Source: a virus. From it: a DNA stretch of 64,000 nt. The notes under the pieces are model-generated. The model was not told the origin of the DNA. It saw nothing but the letters and a program-made list of their open reading frames with translations, and ran no database searches. Below are positions 45,943 to 55,720 of this stretch, piece by piece (positions within the stretch are counted from its first letter, which is position 1; every line of letters starts with the position of its first letter). Location of the stretch: IMG/VR virus record IMGVR_UViG_3300025818_000017, one strand, 5' to 3'. A program made the translations under genes and the position numbers.

Positions 45943-48606
45943 ATGAGTTATATTGACGCTATACATAACAGACGTAAGAATGTTGTTCATGTTATAGAAA
46001 GAATAGACGGAAAGAGAGTTGTGAAGGACTACCCTTGTGAGTGGTCCTTCTATTATGATGACCCGAAGGGTAAGAATAGAACTATCTTTCGCAATAACGT
46101 GACTAGGTTTACGACTAACGACTACAAGCAATACCAGAAAGAGATTGCTATCCAATCCAATAAACGGATTTGGGAAAGCGATATCAACATCGTCAATAAA
46201 ACACTTGAGAAAAACTATCTAGATGCTATTGCCCCAAAACTGAATATTTGCTATTTCGATATTGAGGTTGACTTCTCACCTACACACGGGTTTGCGGAAG
46301 TCACTGACCCCTTTAACAAAGTAACGGCAATCGGTCTTTATTGTTCTTGGTTAGAGACAATGATATGTTTGGCTATCCCACCACGTACATTGACTATGGA
46401 AGAAGCCAAAGAAGAGGTCAAGGATATCGATAACGTATATCTATTCGAAAATGAGATAGATATGCTTGAGACATTCCTTGAGATTATCGAAGATGCAGAT
46501 GTTTTAACTGGCTGGAACTCAGAGGGATACGATATTCCATACCTTGTAAACCGTGTTACTCGTATTATGAGTAAGAACGATACACGCCGTTTCTGTTTGC
46601 TTGACCAACTACCAAAAGAGCGTGTATTTGAGAACAAATACGGAAATATGCAGACTTCGTTTGATCTGCACGGACGCATCCACTTGGATAGTATGGAACT
46701 GTATCAGCAATATACCTACCACGAAATGCACAGCTATTCATTGGATGCTATCGCCGAGTATGAACTAGACGAGCGTAAGGTTCAGTACGAAGGCACATTG
46801 GACCAGTTGTATAACAATGACTTCCGTAAGTTTGTAGAATACAACATCCAAGACACAATGATCCTGAAGCGTTTGGAAGACAAGCTAAAGTTCATTGACC
46901 TAACTAACGAACTGGCGCACGATAACACAGTGTTACTACCGAAGACACTTGGTGCTGTTGGTGTTACGGAGCAAGCGTTGATCAACTTTGCTCACTCTAT
47001 GGACTTGGTTGTTCCTAACAAAGTGAAGATTGACGAAGACTTTGATACTCGTGCCGCTGGTGCCCACGTTGCGTATCCACAGAAAGGATTACACGAATAC
47101 ATTGGTGCTATTGATATCAACTCGCTATATCCATCTGCTATTCGTGCGCTGAATATGAGTCCAGAGACTTTGGTAGCACAGTTGCGTCCAACATACACTA
47201 AAAAGATGATTGCTGATTATATGGCGCAAGGACCGAAATATACATTTCCTGGTGCTTGGGAAGGTGTATTTGGTTCTTTAGAATACCAATATGTTATGAA
47301 AAAAGATGAAACAAGACAGGTTCATTTGGATTGGATGAAAGGTGAGCCAACAGTTCATAGTGCCGATGAGGTTTATGATCTGGTATTCCACGGTGGTAAG
47401 AAATGGATTCTATCTGGCAATGGAACTATCTTTGACTACACTCACAAAGGTATCGTTCCCGGTATCCTTGAGAAATGGTATGCAGAACGCCAGCAACTAC
47501 AAGCCAAGAAGAAAGAAGCTACTGACCCAGAAGAAAAAGCATTCTGGGATAAGAGACAGTTGGTGAAAAAGATCAATCTTAATTCTCTTTATGGAGCAAT
47601 CCTCAACGAGCATTGCCGTTTCTATGTGTTCGATATTGGACAGTCAACTACTCTATCTGGACGCCTTATCACCAAACATATGAGCGCATTTGTAAACGAA
47701 GCATTCACTGGTGAATATGATAACGCTGGTAAGTGCGTGGTATACGGTGATACAGATAGTGTATACTTCTCTGGTTGGCCTGTTCTAAAAGACACGCCAG
47801 ATTGGTCCAAGGAAATGTGCATTGAGGTATACAATCAAGTAGCAGAAGCAGTCAATGAAAGTTTCCCTGATTTTATGAAACAGGCGTTTAATTGCCCGAA
47901 CGAAATGGGTTCTATCATTGAGGGCGGTTTGGAACTGATTGCATCCACTGGTTTATTCATCAAGAAAAAGCGTTATGGTCTTATGATTTATGACGATGAG
48001 GGCACCCGCCGTGATGTAGACGGTAAGCCTGGTAAAGTCAAAGCTATGGGCATGGACCTAAAACGAAGCGATACGCCTAGTTATATGCAAGACTTTCTTA
48101 TGGAACTATTGATTGATGTTCTCACGGGGAAAGGCGAAGACGAAGTTTGTGAGAAGATTCTGAACTTCAAGCGTGAGTTCAAAGAGCGTCCATCTTGGGA
48201 GAAAGGCACACCGAAGCGTGTGAACAACCTAACGAAGTACACCAAGATTTACGAAGAGAAGAAAGGACAGAAGGGTGTAACCATCCCCGGTCACGTTTCC
48301 GCCGCCATTCATTGGAATAAGTTGAAGAAGTTTTATGATGATCATTACTCAATGGATATTTTGGACGGACAGAAAACTATTGTTTGTGATCTAAAAGATA
48401 ACCAACTTGGTTATAATAAAGTAGCGTTCCCTATTGACGAACATAAAATTCCAGAATGGTTCAAGGAGCTTCCCTTTGATGACGAGGCTATGATGAAAGC
48501 CATTGTAGACAAGAAAGTGGGTAACCTATTGAATGTATTGAAGTGGGACTTGAAGCATAAGACTGACGTTTCTAACACATTTAGTTCGTTATTTGACTTT
48601 GAATAA
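45943..48606 (+). CDS. family B DNA polymerase with 3'-5' exonuclease (T4 gp43-like)
   Basis: ExoI FDIEVD, ExoII GWNSEGYDIPYL, ExoIII YNIQD; DINSLYPS, KINLNSLYG, YGDTDS, KKRY. Confidence 0.97.
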   Translation: MSYIDAIHNRRKNVVHVIERIDGKRVVKDYPCEWSFYYDDPKGKNRTIFRNNVTRFTTNDYKQYQKEIAIQSNKRIWESDINIVNKTLEKNYLDAIAPKLNICYFDIEVDFSPTHGFAEVTDPFNKVTAIGLYCSWLETMICLAIPPRTLTMEEAKEEVKDIDNVYLFENEIDMLETFLEIIEDADVLTGWNSEGYDIPYLVNRVTRIMSKNDTRRFCLLDQLPKERVFENKYGNMQTSFDLHGRIHLDSMELYQQYTYHEMHSYSLDAIAEYELDERKVQYEGTLDQLYNNDFRKFVEYNIQDTMILKRLEDKLKFIDLTNELAHDNTVLLPKTLGAVGVTEQALINFAHSMDLVVPNKVKIDEDFDTRAAGAHVAYPQKGLHEYIGAIDINSLYPSAIRALNMSPETLVAQLRPTYTKKMIADYMAQGPKYTFPGAWEGVFGSLEYQYVMKKDETRQVHLDWMKGEPTVHSADEVYDLVFHGGKKWILSGNGTIFDYTHKGIVPGILEKWYAERQQLQAKKKEATDPEEKAFWDKRQLVKKINLNSLYGAILNEHCRFYVFDIGQSTTLSGRLITKHMSAFVNEAFTGEYDNAGKCVVYGDTDSVYFSGWPVLKDTPDWSKEMCIEVYNQVAEAVNESFPDFMKQAFNCPNEMGSIIEGGLELIASTGLFIKKKRYGLMIYDDEGTRRDVDGKPGKVKAMGMDLKRSDTPSYMQDFLMELLIDVLTGKGEDEVCEKILNFKREFKERPSWEKGTPKRVNNLTKYTKIYEEKKGQKGVTIPGHVSAAIHWNKLKKFYDDHYSMDILDGQKTIVCDLKDNQLGYNKVAFPIDEHKIPEWFKELPFDDEAMMKAIVDKKVGNLLNVLKWDLKHKTDVSNTFSSLFDFE

Positions 48607-48627
48607 TGTACGCATATAAATACACAT

Positions 48628-49560
48628 ATGAGCAAGGCAGATGAATACTTCAAGTTAGTTACTGATTATGATGAATTCAAGAAGATTGACTACAGGGGTC
48701 TGTTAGATCAAGTAAGTCAATACTCATCTGCTGTTCATAACTTTAAGTATCCACAGGATGCAGCATCAACCGTTTATAACGATCTAACCCAAGCACACAA
48801 TAGTATCAACCTAGACAATATTGAAGCACTTGATAAGTCATTCCAAGATAATATTCGCCAATACGAAGTAGATTTTATCCAGAATAGTTACAAGTATTAC
48901 GACACCGAAGTAAAACACGATAACTTTGAAGATACGCAAGAATATTACAAAAGTATTCACATGACCAGTGATGTAAAAGAGATAATAACGGGAAAGATTG
49001 GTGCTTTGACCTCTTGGAAAGTTCCAGGATTAGAGGTAAGCCCCGGTATCAATCATTTCACCAAGTCATTGGTTGCTCTTGACCCACTTTATATCGTAGA
49101 CAAACATAGAAAGACTTTGAAACAAACAGAGAAAATATTCAACCCCGATTATCAAAAAAGATTACGAACATATCAAATGCTAGGTGATGGAAACTTTGAT
49201 AATCTCCCACATGGACAGTTTGGTATGATTTTTAGCTTTGGTTTCTTTGAACGTTTACCGCTGGATACAATCAAGTTATATCTAAAAGGGTTCTATAACC
49301 TTCTCCGTCCAGGTGGCGTTGTTCTGTTGACCTATAACAACTGCCTATTGAAAAGCAGTCTTGATATGACTATCTTTCGTTATTATCGTCTGTTCAACAC
49401 GGAACACTATATGAAACCACTTGTTTATGGGATGGGCTTTGATGATATTGTTACAGAAGATATTTCAGCAAATATCAGCACCATTGAGTTTAGAAAACCT
49501 GGCGAACTTATATCGCAAAGACATGGACAAACTTTAGGTAAAATCAAAAAAATATATTGA
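48628..49560 (+). CDS. class I SAM-methyltransferase-like protein
   Basis: GLEVSPG, FGMIFSFGFF, YNLLRPGGVVLLTY; TATAAATA 48615-48622. Confidence 0.55.
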   Translation: MSKADEYFKLVTDYDEFKKIDYRGLLDQVSQYSSAVHNFKYPQDAASTVYNDLTQAHNSINLDNIEALDKSFQDNIRQYEVDFIQNSYKYYDTEVKHDNFEDTQEYYKSIHMTSDVKEIITGKIGALTSWKVPGLEVSPGINHFTKSLVALDPLYIVDKHRKTLKQTEKIFNPDYQKRLRTYQMLGDGNFDNLPHGQFGMIFSFGFFERLPLDTIKLYLKGFYNLLRPGGVVLLTYNNCLLKSSLDMTIFRYYRLFNTEHYMKPLVYGMGFDDIVTEDISANISTIEFRKPGELISQRHGQTLGKIKKIY

Positions 49561-49617
49561 TTTCTTGTTTCTCGAAGTATTATAATAGTATCTATAAACA
49601 ATTACGGAGATTTCTTA

Positions 49618-50349
49618 ATGAAAGACGCATTACGTGATATTGTCACCCATACATATGGGTTGGGATTTATCGACCTTGTAAAAATTGACGGAAACGATGA
49701 AAGCACAACTGTGAACGGCATTGCCGATGATCGTTCAGTTGTTGTATCAGCAACATTCCATAAACCCGTCACAGAATTCACAGGTGTGTTTGGCATGCCA
49801 AATCTGGGCAAACTAAACACCCTACTAAACCTTCCACCATATCAGGAAGATGCTAAACTGGAACTAACCACACAAGAACGCAATGGAGAGGAAACCCCTG
49901 TTGGAATCCACTTTGAAAACAGTGATGGTGACTTCAAAAACGACTATCGTTTCATGTCCAGTGAAATCATCAACGAGAAAATCAAGAACGTCAAGTTCCG
50001 TGGCGCTAACTGGCATGTAGACTTTGAACCTAGTTCTGCGAGTATTGAACGGTTCAAGTACCAAGCGCAAGCCAACAGTGAAGAAGATACCTTCGTCGCC
50101 AAGACAGAAGATAAGAACCTAGTGTTCTACTTTGGTGATCATTCCTCACACGCTGGTAACTTTGTATTTCAGCACGAGGTAAAAGGCGAGTTGAAGCGTG
50201 GTTGGAACTGGCCTGTCGATCAGGTAATGAAAATCCTAAACCTACCTGGTGAGATTACTATGCAGTTCAGCGACGATGGTGCCGCTCAAATTAACGTAAA
50301 CAGTGGCTTGGCAACATACGAATACATCTTGCCAGCACAACAAAAATAA
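49618..50349 (+). CDS. probable DNA sliding clamp (gp45-like)
   Basis: About 240 aa two-domain beta-rich protein just after polB; ends ATYEYILPAQ; clamp loader present in window. Confidence 0.55.
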   Translation: MKDALRDIVTHTYGLGFIDLVKIDGNDESTTVNGIADDRSVVVSATFHKPVTEFTGVFGMPNLGKLNTLLNLPPYQEDAKLELTTQERNGEETPVGIHFENSDGDFKNDYRFMSSEIINEKIKNVKFRGANWHVDFEPSSASIERFKYQAQANSEEDTFVAKTEDKNLVFYFGDHSSHAGNFVFQHEVKGELKRGWNWPVDQVMKILNLPGEITMQFSDDGAAQINVNSGLATYEYILPAQQK

Positions 50350-50358
50350 GGAAAGCAA

Positions 50359-50643
50359 ATGATTAAACTTCAACGAGTGGAATATCATCAAGTCCATCTA
50401 TACAAGACTTACGAAATCACAGAAGAAGATTTCAATGAATATAGAAAAGAGACTGATGGTGATGATGAACATTTCCAAGGCACTTGGGAAGAATTTCAGG
50501 AACTTGACCCCGAAGAAATGGGTGAATATGTCTATTGGTCAGATGGTTGCTTTGACTACGAAGACATGGAAGAAGATTGGTTCACTGACCGCAAAGGTGG
50601 TTACGACATTGAACATAAAGTTTTAGAAGAGGATGAAGACTAA
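50359..50643 (+). CDS. acidic hypothetical protein
   Basis: ORF track; AAGGA SD. Confidence 0.65.
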   Translation: MIKLQRVEYHQVHLYKTYEITEEDFNEYRKETDGDDEHFQGTWEEFQELDPEEMGEYVYWSDGCFDYEDMEEDWFTDRKGGYDIEHKVLEEDED

Positions 50644-50888
50644 TGAAAACATTAGTAGTAGCGAGTGCATTGTTACTTGGAGCTTGCGCCCCAGGTGATC
50701 TCTGGACCAAAGCTGGTGGACAACCAGTGTATGAGTGGGTTGGTTGCCATGAGGTAACACAAAACCCAGCAGACAACGGCGAGATCGCCTTTGGACCTTT
50801 TGGAGTAGATACCAAATATGTCTTCTTCAAGCAACTATCGGCTGACGGAACAGTTGGCAAAGTATCAACAGCAAAACCTTGTGAGTGA
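50643..50888 (+). CDS. small lipoprotein
   Basis: MKTLVVASALLLGAC lipobox. Confidence 0.7.
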   Translation: MKTLVVASALLLGACAPGDLWTKAGGQPVYEWVGCHEVTQNPADNGEIAFGPFGVDTKYVFFKQLSADGTVGKVSTAKPCE

Positions 50889-50891
50889 GAT

Positions 50892-51080
50892 ATGATTGAA
50901 GCAGAGCGTGATTTAGAGTATTTCAAAGCGAAGCACAAAAGACTATCTCGTGCAGTTGACGAGTTAGAAAAAGAACGGCAACATGACCGTTCACCAGAAC
51001 TAAAAGTCAATCTAAGCGAACTAAAAAAACAGAAACTACGTGTAAAAGATCAAATCAACCTAATGGAAAAGGACTCCTAA
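50892..51080 (+). CDS. DUF465/YdcH-like coiled-coil protein
   Basis: KHKRLSRAVDELE...LKKQKLRVKDQI. Confidence 0.7.
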   Translation: MIEAERDLEYFKAKHKRLSRAVDELEKERQHDRSPELKVNLSELKKQKLRVKDQINLMEKDS

Positions 51081-51081
51081 A

Positions 51082-51297
51082 ATGAACGACCAACTAACCA
51101 AAATTTTCGATGATCTTGATGAGTACAGGGAATGGACCCGTGAGAACGGTTTCAAATATGACGAGGCAGACCTTTATCGTAAAGGTACGCCTTGGAACCT
51201 AATGGAGCGGGAACGCTGCAATGGGCTGGTTATCGAAAACCAGTGGGAAAAAGGTGCTAAGATTTTCCGCCGGCGCATTCATCACAAGAATAAGTAA
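51082..51297 (+). CDS. hypothetical protein
   Basis: ORF track; AAGGA SD. Confidence 0.65.
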   Translation: MNDQLTKIFDDLDEYREWTRENGFKYDEADLYRKGTPWNLMERERCNGLVIENQWEKGAKIFRRRIHHKNK

Positions 51298-51620
51298 TGT
51301 CCCTTTCGTATCTCCAAGTACCAACAGAATCAACGGGACAATGGAATAACAATATGACTCCAGAACAACGTGACGATTGGCACCAAGTATCATTTCCGTG
51401 TAAAAGTCTTACACAACGGGCAGGGCATCTACCTCAACCTGGGGGTGCCTTGAACGCCAACTACACACAAGTGGATGCGATTGCTATTGTGTCTGCTAAA
51501 TGTGGTGAAATGGGACTAAGGTACAACGAAGATTTCACTTGGGAAACTGCTAGTGGTGATAAAGTTATTTTCCGTCTAAAAGACGAGAGATACAAAACAA
51601 TGTTAGGTCTATCTCTATGA
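51297..51620 (+). CDS. hypothetical protein
   Basis: ORF track; TAATG coupling. Confidence 0.65.
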   Translation: MSLSYLQVPTESTGQWNNNMTPEQRDDWHQVSFPCKSLTQRAGHLPQPGGALNANYTQVDAIAIVSAKCGEMGLRYNEDFTWETASGDKVIFRLKDERYKTMLGLSL

Positions 51621-52387
51621 AGATTGTAGTGGTTTCGGGCGGATTCGATCCTATTCACAGTGGACACATCGCTTACCTAAATGCGGCTAGTCTTTTAGGA
51701 GACTTACTGTATGTTGGTGTGAACAGCGATGATTGGTTACGGCGCAAGAAAGGTAGAGAGTTTATGCCTTTAACAGAACGCACCGAAATCATAAACAACC
51801 TCAAATGCGTTGATGCAGTATTTGGTTTCAACGATGATGATGGTTCTGCCTGTGACCTACTACAAAATATCAAACTGGATAATCCAGAACACGATATTAT
51901 CTTTGCTAACGGTGGCGACAGAACCAATGAAAATATACCCGAAATGTCTGTTGAAGGTATTGAGTTTGTATTTGGTGTCGGCGGCGAAGATAAGAAGAAC
52001 AGTTCGTCTTGGATTCTAAAAAAATGGGAAAAAGAACACAAAGAAACTCGGTGGGGATACTGGGAAGTTCTTGACGATGAGTTTACCGATGCCAAGATGA
52101 AGAAACTCGTGGTAACCCCCGGCGGTTGCCTTAGTTACCAAAAGCATGCCAAGCGTGATGAGTTATGGTTCGTAGCAAATGGTTATGGCAAAGTAATCCT
52201 CAACGACCAAGACAGCAGACCTACTCACCAAAGCGATAATATCAAAACACTACGCAAACATGATTATCTTCGTATTACGAAAGACAGTTGGCATCAACTT
52301 ATCAACGATAGCCGCACCGATAATCTGGTAATCTATGAAATCCAGTACGGCGAAGAATGCGTAGAAGAGGATATTCAGAGCGAATGA
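51617..52387 (+). CDS. cytidylyltransferase-family (RfaE/TagD-like) domain fused to a cupin (ManC/PMI-II C-terminal-like)
   Basis: SGGFDPIHSGH, VGVNSDDWL.RKKG, FANGGDR, KNSSSWIL; then RWGYWEVL, LSYQKHAKRDELWFV, WHQL, EIQYGEECVEEDI. Confidence 0.85.
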   Translation: MKIVVVSGGFDPIHSGHIAYLNAASLLGDLLYVGVNSDDWLRRKKGREFMPLTERTEIINNLKCVDAVFGFNDDDGSACDLLQNIKLDNPEHDIIFANGGDRTNENIPEMSVEGIEFVFGVGGEDKKNSSSWILKKWEKEHKETRWGYWEVLDDEFTDAKMKKLVVTPGGCLSYQKHAKRDELWFVANGYGKVILNDQDSRPTHQSDNIKTLRKHDYLRITKDSWHQLINDSRTDNLVIYEIQYGEECVEEDIQSE

Positions 52388-53541
52388 AAACAAGTGATAT
52401 TGTCCGTAATGGCGAAATCCTCATTCCAAAGTATGAGTGGAAACAACTAAACGAAACACACACACAAGAGGAAGTAAAACAACTTATTTCAGATGCTATC
52501 GATGAGTATGAAATACCTATGCCTATGCGTAATATTTCAGAACAAGATGCGATGAAAGACTTTCAGTTACTATGTGATTTCAGCGACGAAGATATCATTA
52601 TCAAGTCACCGTTTGATACACGCTACGACTACAAATACCATAAAGACGATATGTTGGTAAAGTCACTGAACGTAGGCAACAAAGCATCTGATTACTTTCA
52701 GCAAGAAGCACGATGGATGTGCGGTCACCGCAAATATCCAAGTCCTCATCGTTCTTGGTATATTCATAAAATCCGTGATACCCTACTCAATGCTTTATGG
52801 AGTATGAAATGTGAAGAAGTGAATAGGGATGTATTGCGAACCATTATCGGTCTTCGTAAGTATATTGCCGCACAGTTTCGTCCAAGTTCAGCAAAGGCTA
52901 TTTACAATCATTTCCAATCAGAGAATGTATTAGATTTCAGTTCAGGATGGGGAGATAGGTTATGTGGTTTCTATGCTTCCAAAGCGAAGACATACACGGG
53001 CATTGATCCCAACGATAATGTTCATCCTGGGTATATCAAACAGGCAGAAGCATACACAGAGTGGAACAGTTTCCTTGGCGGTAATAGTCTATTTGAGATT
53101 GAGGGTGACGATAAAACATCATTCATTCATCACGGTTGCGCCGAAGAGGTAGAACTTGATGGTAAGTTTGATACAGTATTCACATCCCCACCATACTTTG
53201 ATTCAGAACGATATAACACTGACGATACACAATCGTGGAAAAGGTATAAGAAGTTTGATGCGTGGATGAATGACTTTCTATGTGTGACCCTAAACAAATG
53301 CTGGGAACATTTAGAGAAGGGTGGTGTGATGATGGTAAATATCAGCGATGCCTATGCTACACGGCAGTATGACGATAGCCTACGCAGTTGTGATATGATG
53401 AACGACTTTATTGCGACACTGGATGGCGCACAATACGAAGGATGTTGGGGATACGAAATGCGTAAGCGTCCCAACTCAGAGTTCCTAAAAGATATGAATA
53501 ATCCTTTTGCGGAACCTATTTGGATATGGAGAAAAAAATGA
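52384..53541 (+). CDS. DNA amino-methyltransferase (SPPY type)
   Basis: QFRPSSAK, VLDFSSGWGDRL, YTGIDPN, FTSPPYFDSERY; likely start MKTSD at 52384. Confidence 0.8.
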   Translation: MKTSDIVRNGEILIPKYEWKQLNETHTQEEVKQLISDAIDEYEIPMPMRNISEQDAMKDFQLLCDFSDEDIIIKSPFDTRYDYKYHKDDMLVKSLNVGNKASDYFQQEARWMCGHRKYPSPHRSWYIHKIRDTLLNALWSMKCEEVNRDVLRTIIGLRKYIAAQFRPSSAKAIYNHFQSENVLDFSSGWGDRLCGFYASKAKTYTGIDPNDNVHPGYIKQAEAYTEWNSFLGGNSLFEIEGDDKTSFIHHGCAEEVELDGKFDTVFTSPPYFDSERYNTDDTQSWKRYKKFDAWMNDFLCVTLNKCWEHLEKGGVMMVNISDAYATRQYDDSLRSCDMMNDFIATLDGAQYEGCWGYEMRKRPNSEFLKDMNNPFAEPIWIWRKK

Positions 53542-54560
53542 GTAAGACAGCCCTGGTGTCCGGGATTTCTGGTCAGGACGGAAGCTACCTAACAGAACTA
53601 TTACTAGATAAGGGTTATACCGTTCACGGTATTAGACGCCGTTCAGCAACAGAAAACACAGAGAATATCAAACATCTGTTAGGACACGAAAGACTAAATC
53701 TTCATTGGGGAGATTTGACTGATGGTTCTGCTATTGAGGGTATCTTAAAACTAACACGCCCAGATGAGATTTACAATCTTGCCGCACAATCTCACGTGCG
53801 TATCTCATTTGATATTCCAGTACAGACTTGTGATATCAATGCGCTGGGAACGATGCGTATCCTTGAAGGTATGCGCCACTTGAATATGTTTGAGACAACC
53901 AAGTTTTATCAGGCATCAACCAGTGAGCTATATGGTGAAGTGAAAGCAGTTCCGCAGAACGAAGAAACACCTTTCCATCCACGTTCTCCATATGGTGTAT
54001 CCAAGCTATATGCGTTTTGGGCTGTGAGAAACTACATTGAGTCATACAACCTATTCGGGTGTAATGGTATTCTATTCAACCACGAAAGTCCAAGGCGCGG
54101 TGATAACTTCGTCACCAAGAAGATCACCAATCATGTTGTTGATTATCAGCAAAACTCATTGGTAGGAAATGAGAAGAACGTACCTACCCTTGAGCTTGGT
54201 AATATGAATGCTCAACGAGATTGGGGTCACGCCAAAGATTATGTGAATGGTATGTGGCTTATGCTCCAACAAGACAAACCAGGCGATTATGTATTGGCTA
54301 CTGGCGAAACACGGACTGTCCGTGAGTTTGTTGAGGTCGCTTTCAGGCATATTGATATTGATATTACTTGGGAAGGCGAAGGTGTTGACGAAGTTGGACG
54401 TTCACAGTCTGGTGAGGTTTTAGTAAAAGTCAATCCAAAGTATTATCGTCCAGCAGAAGTTGACTTGCTGATTGGTGACCCAACCAAAGCAGAACAAAAG
54501 CTTGGCTGGAAACGTGAATATGATTTCTCAGCACTAGTAAAAGATATGATGGGAAAGTGA
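53538..54560 (+). CDS. gmd: GDP-mannose 4,6-dehydratase
   Basis: GISGQDGSYL, YNLAAQSHV, YQASTSELYG, PRSPYGVSK, LFNHESPRRG, RDWGHAKDYV. Confidence 0.96.
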   Translation: MSKTALVSGISGQDGSYLTELLLDKGYTVHGIRRRSATENTENIKHLLGHERLNLHWGDLTDGSAIEGILKLTRPDEIYNLAAQSHVRISFDIPVQTCDINALGTMRILEGMRHLNMFETTKFYQASTSELYGEVKAVPQNEETPFHPRSPYGVSKLYAFWAVRNYIESYNLFGCNGILFNHESPRRGDNFVTKKITNHVVDYQQNSLVGNEKNVPTLELGNMNAQRDWGHAKDYVNGMWLMLQQDKPGDYVLATGETRTVREFVEVAFRHIDIDITWEGEGVDEVGRSQSGEVLVKVNPKYYRPAEVDLLIGDPTKAEQKLGWKREYDFSALVKDMMGK

Positions 54561-54561
54561 A

Positions 54562-54957
54562 ATGGCAGAAGACTACTACAATGATAACGGCGATATAATC
54601 TACAGTTATATCCCGGTAACCGATACTAGTACTATCACTGTTGGAGATTCGACTATCAAAACAAGTGACTTGACTTTCACCACCGCTGATAGTTCGGGAG
54701 TGTTTAACGTATCTCCGTGGACTACTAACGCAGCATATGGTGATGTTGAAATCCAAGGTGACCTAAAACTAAATGGTAAGTCTATTGGTGAAACGCTTGA
54801 GCGCATTGAACGGGCATTGAAAATCCCACCAGAACTCGTGGAAGACCCAGAGCGTTTAGAAATGCATGCCAAACTAAAAAAACTATATGACGAATACCAG
54901 GATCTTAGCGAGAAACTAAAAACTTGGGAAAGATTAGCTGGCACCCGTGATGACTAA
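54562..54957 (+). CDS. hypothetical protein
   Basis: ORF track. Confidence 0.65.
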   Translation: MAEDYYNDNGDIIYSYIPVTDTSTITVGDSTIKTSDLTFTTADSSGVFNVSPWTTNAAYGDVEIQGDLKLNGKSIGETLERIERALKIPPELVEDPERLEMHAKLKKLYDEYQDLSEKLKTWERLAGTRDD

Positions 54958-55321
54958 AGATGAAGTTGAACAGCTAATAAGTGAAGCTAACACAGAAGCG
55001 CAAACAGTAGAAGAACTACAGCAACAAGTAGAACACTATGAAGAACAGCTTGCCGTTGCTACTGTTGTAACTCAAACTCCTATTCATGATGTCTCTTGGT
55101 TCGTCAAGTGGGCGGCGGCATTAATAGGTATCGTCGGTGCAATGCTTACTGCTGCTGATATCACACCTTGGAATGTTGTTTTGGGTGTTATTAGTATGAT
55201 TGGTTGGGCATACGTTGGTGTTCTGTGGAATGACCGTGCTATGATTGTGATGAATGTTTTCTTGGCTGGTGCTTTTATGCAGAGCCTAATCCCAGTATTA
55301 AAAGTATACTTAGGTGGATAA
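54947..55321 (+). CDS. membrane protein with N-terminal coiled coil
   Basis: VKWAAALIGIVG, PWNV...GWAYVGVLWNDRAMIVMN; three TM segments. Confidence 0.7.
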   Translation: MMTKDEVEQLISEANTEAQTVEELQQQVEHYEEQLAVATVVTQTPIHDVSWFVKWAAALIGIVGAMLTAADITPWNVVLGVISMIGWAYVGVLWNDRAMIVMNVFLAGAFMQSLIPVLKVYLGG

Positions 55322-55327
55322 AAACAC

Positions 55328-55355
55328 TTGACAAACCATCTAACTATGTTATACT
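55328..55355 (+). promoter_or_regulatory. early sigma70-like promoter
   Basis: TTGACA 55328-55333, 16 nt, TGtTATACT ending 55355. Confidence 0.75.
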
Positions 55356-55426
55356 GTATTTAGAAGTTGAGGGAATGCCACGTGCCCTGCATAAGCGAAA
55401 GACGTAATACTCTTAGGAGAGTTGCT

Positions 55427-55720
55427 ATGACTAAGCTCAAAGAATACGAAGTAAGTTATGAATACGGTCCTCACTATGAGGCTATAATGGTTGTTGAAGC
55501 AACCAGCAAACTTGAAGCAAAAAAGATTGCCGAAAAAGAACTTGCTCAATATCATTCCGACGCTCAAATAGGCCAGATTTACCGTATGAAAGAAGAATCC
55601 AAACGGAAACAATCTGCTATTGAAGAAGAACTTCGCCAAAAGCTGGCACAGAAAGACGAGTATATACGTGATTTGGAAAGTCGGATTAGCAAAATCAAAA
55701 AACTTTCAGAAAACGCTTGA
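55427..55720 (+). CDS. hypothetical early protein
   Basis: AGGAG 55415-55419; start MTKLKEY inside track ORF 55367-55720. Confidence 0.7.
   Translation: MTKLKEYEVSYEYGPHYEAIMVVEATSKLEAKKIAEKELAQYHSDAQIGQIYRMKEESKRKQSAIEEELRQKLAQKDEYIRDLESRISKIKKLSENA

Noticed and set aside
45943-48606. Intron or intein in DNA polymerase (also checked thyA and clpA)
   Set aside because: Lengths and motif spacing look normal; no intein N-terminal Cys/HN-Cys junction or frame break was seen
55370-55422. Possible riboswitch in the 65-nt leader of the 55427 gene
   Set aside because: Only 4-5 bp stems (AGGG/CCCT, ACTCT/AGAGT); no recognisable aptamer consensus
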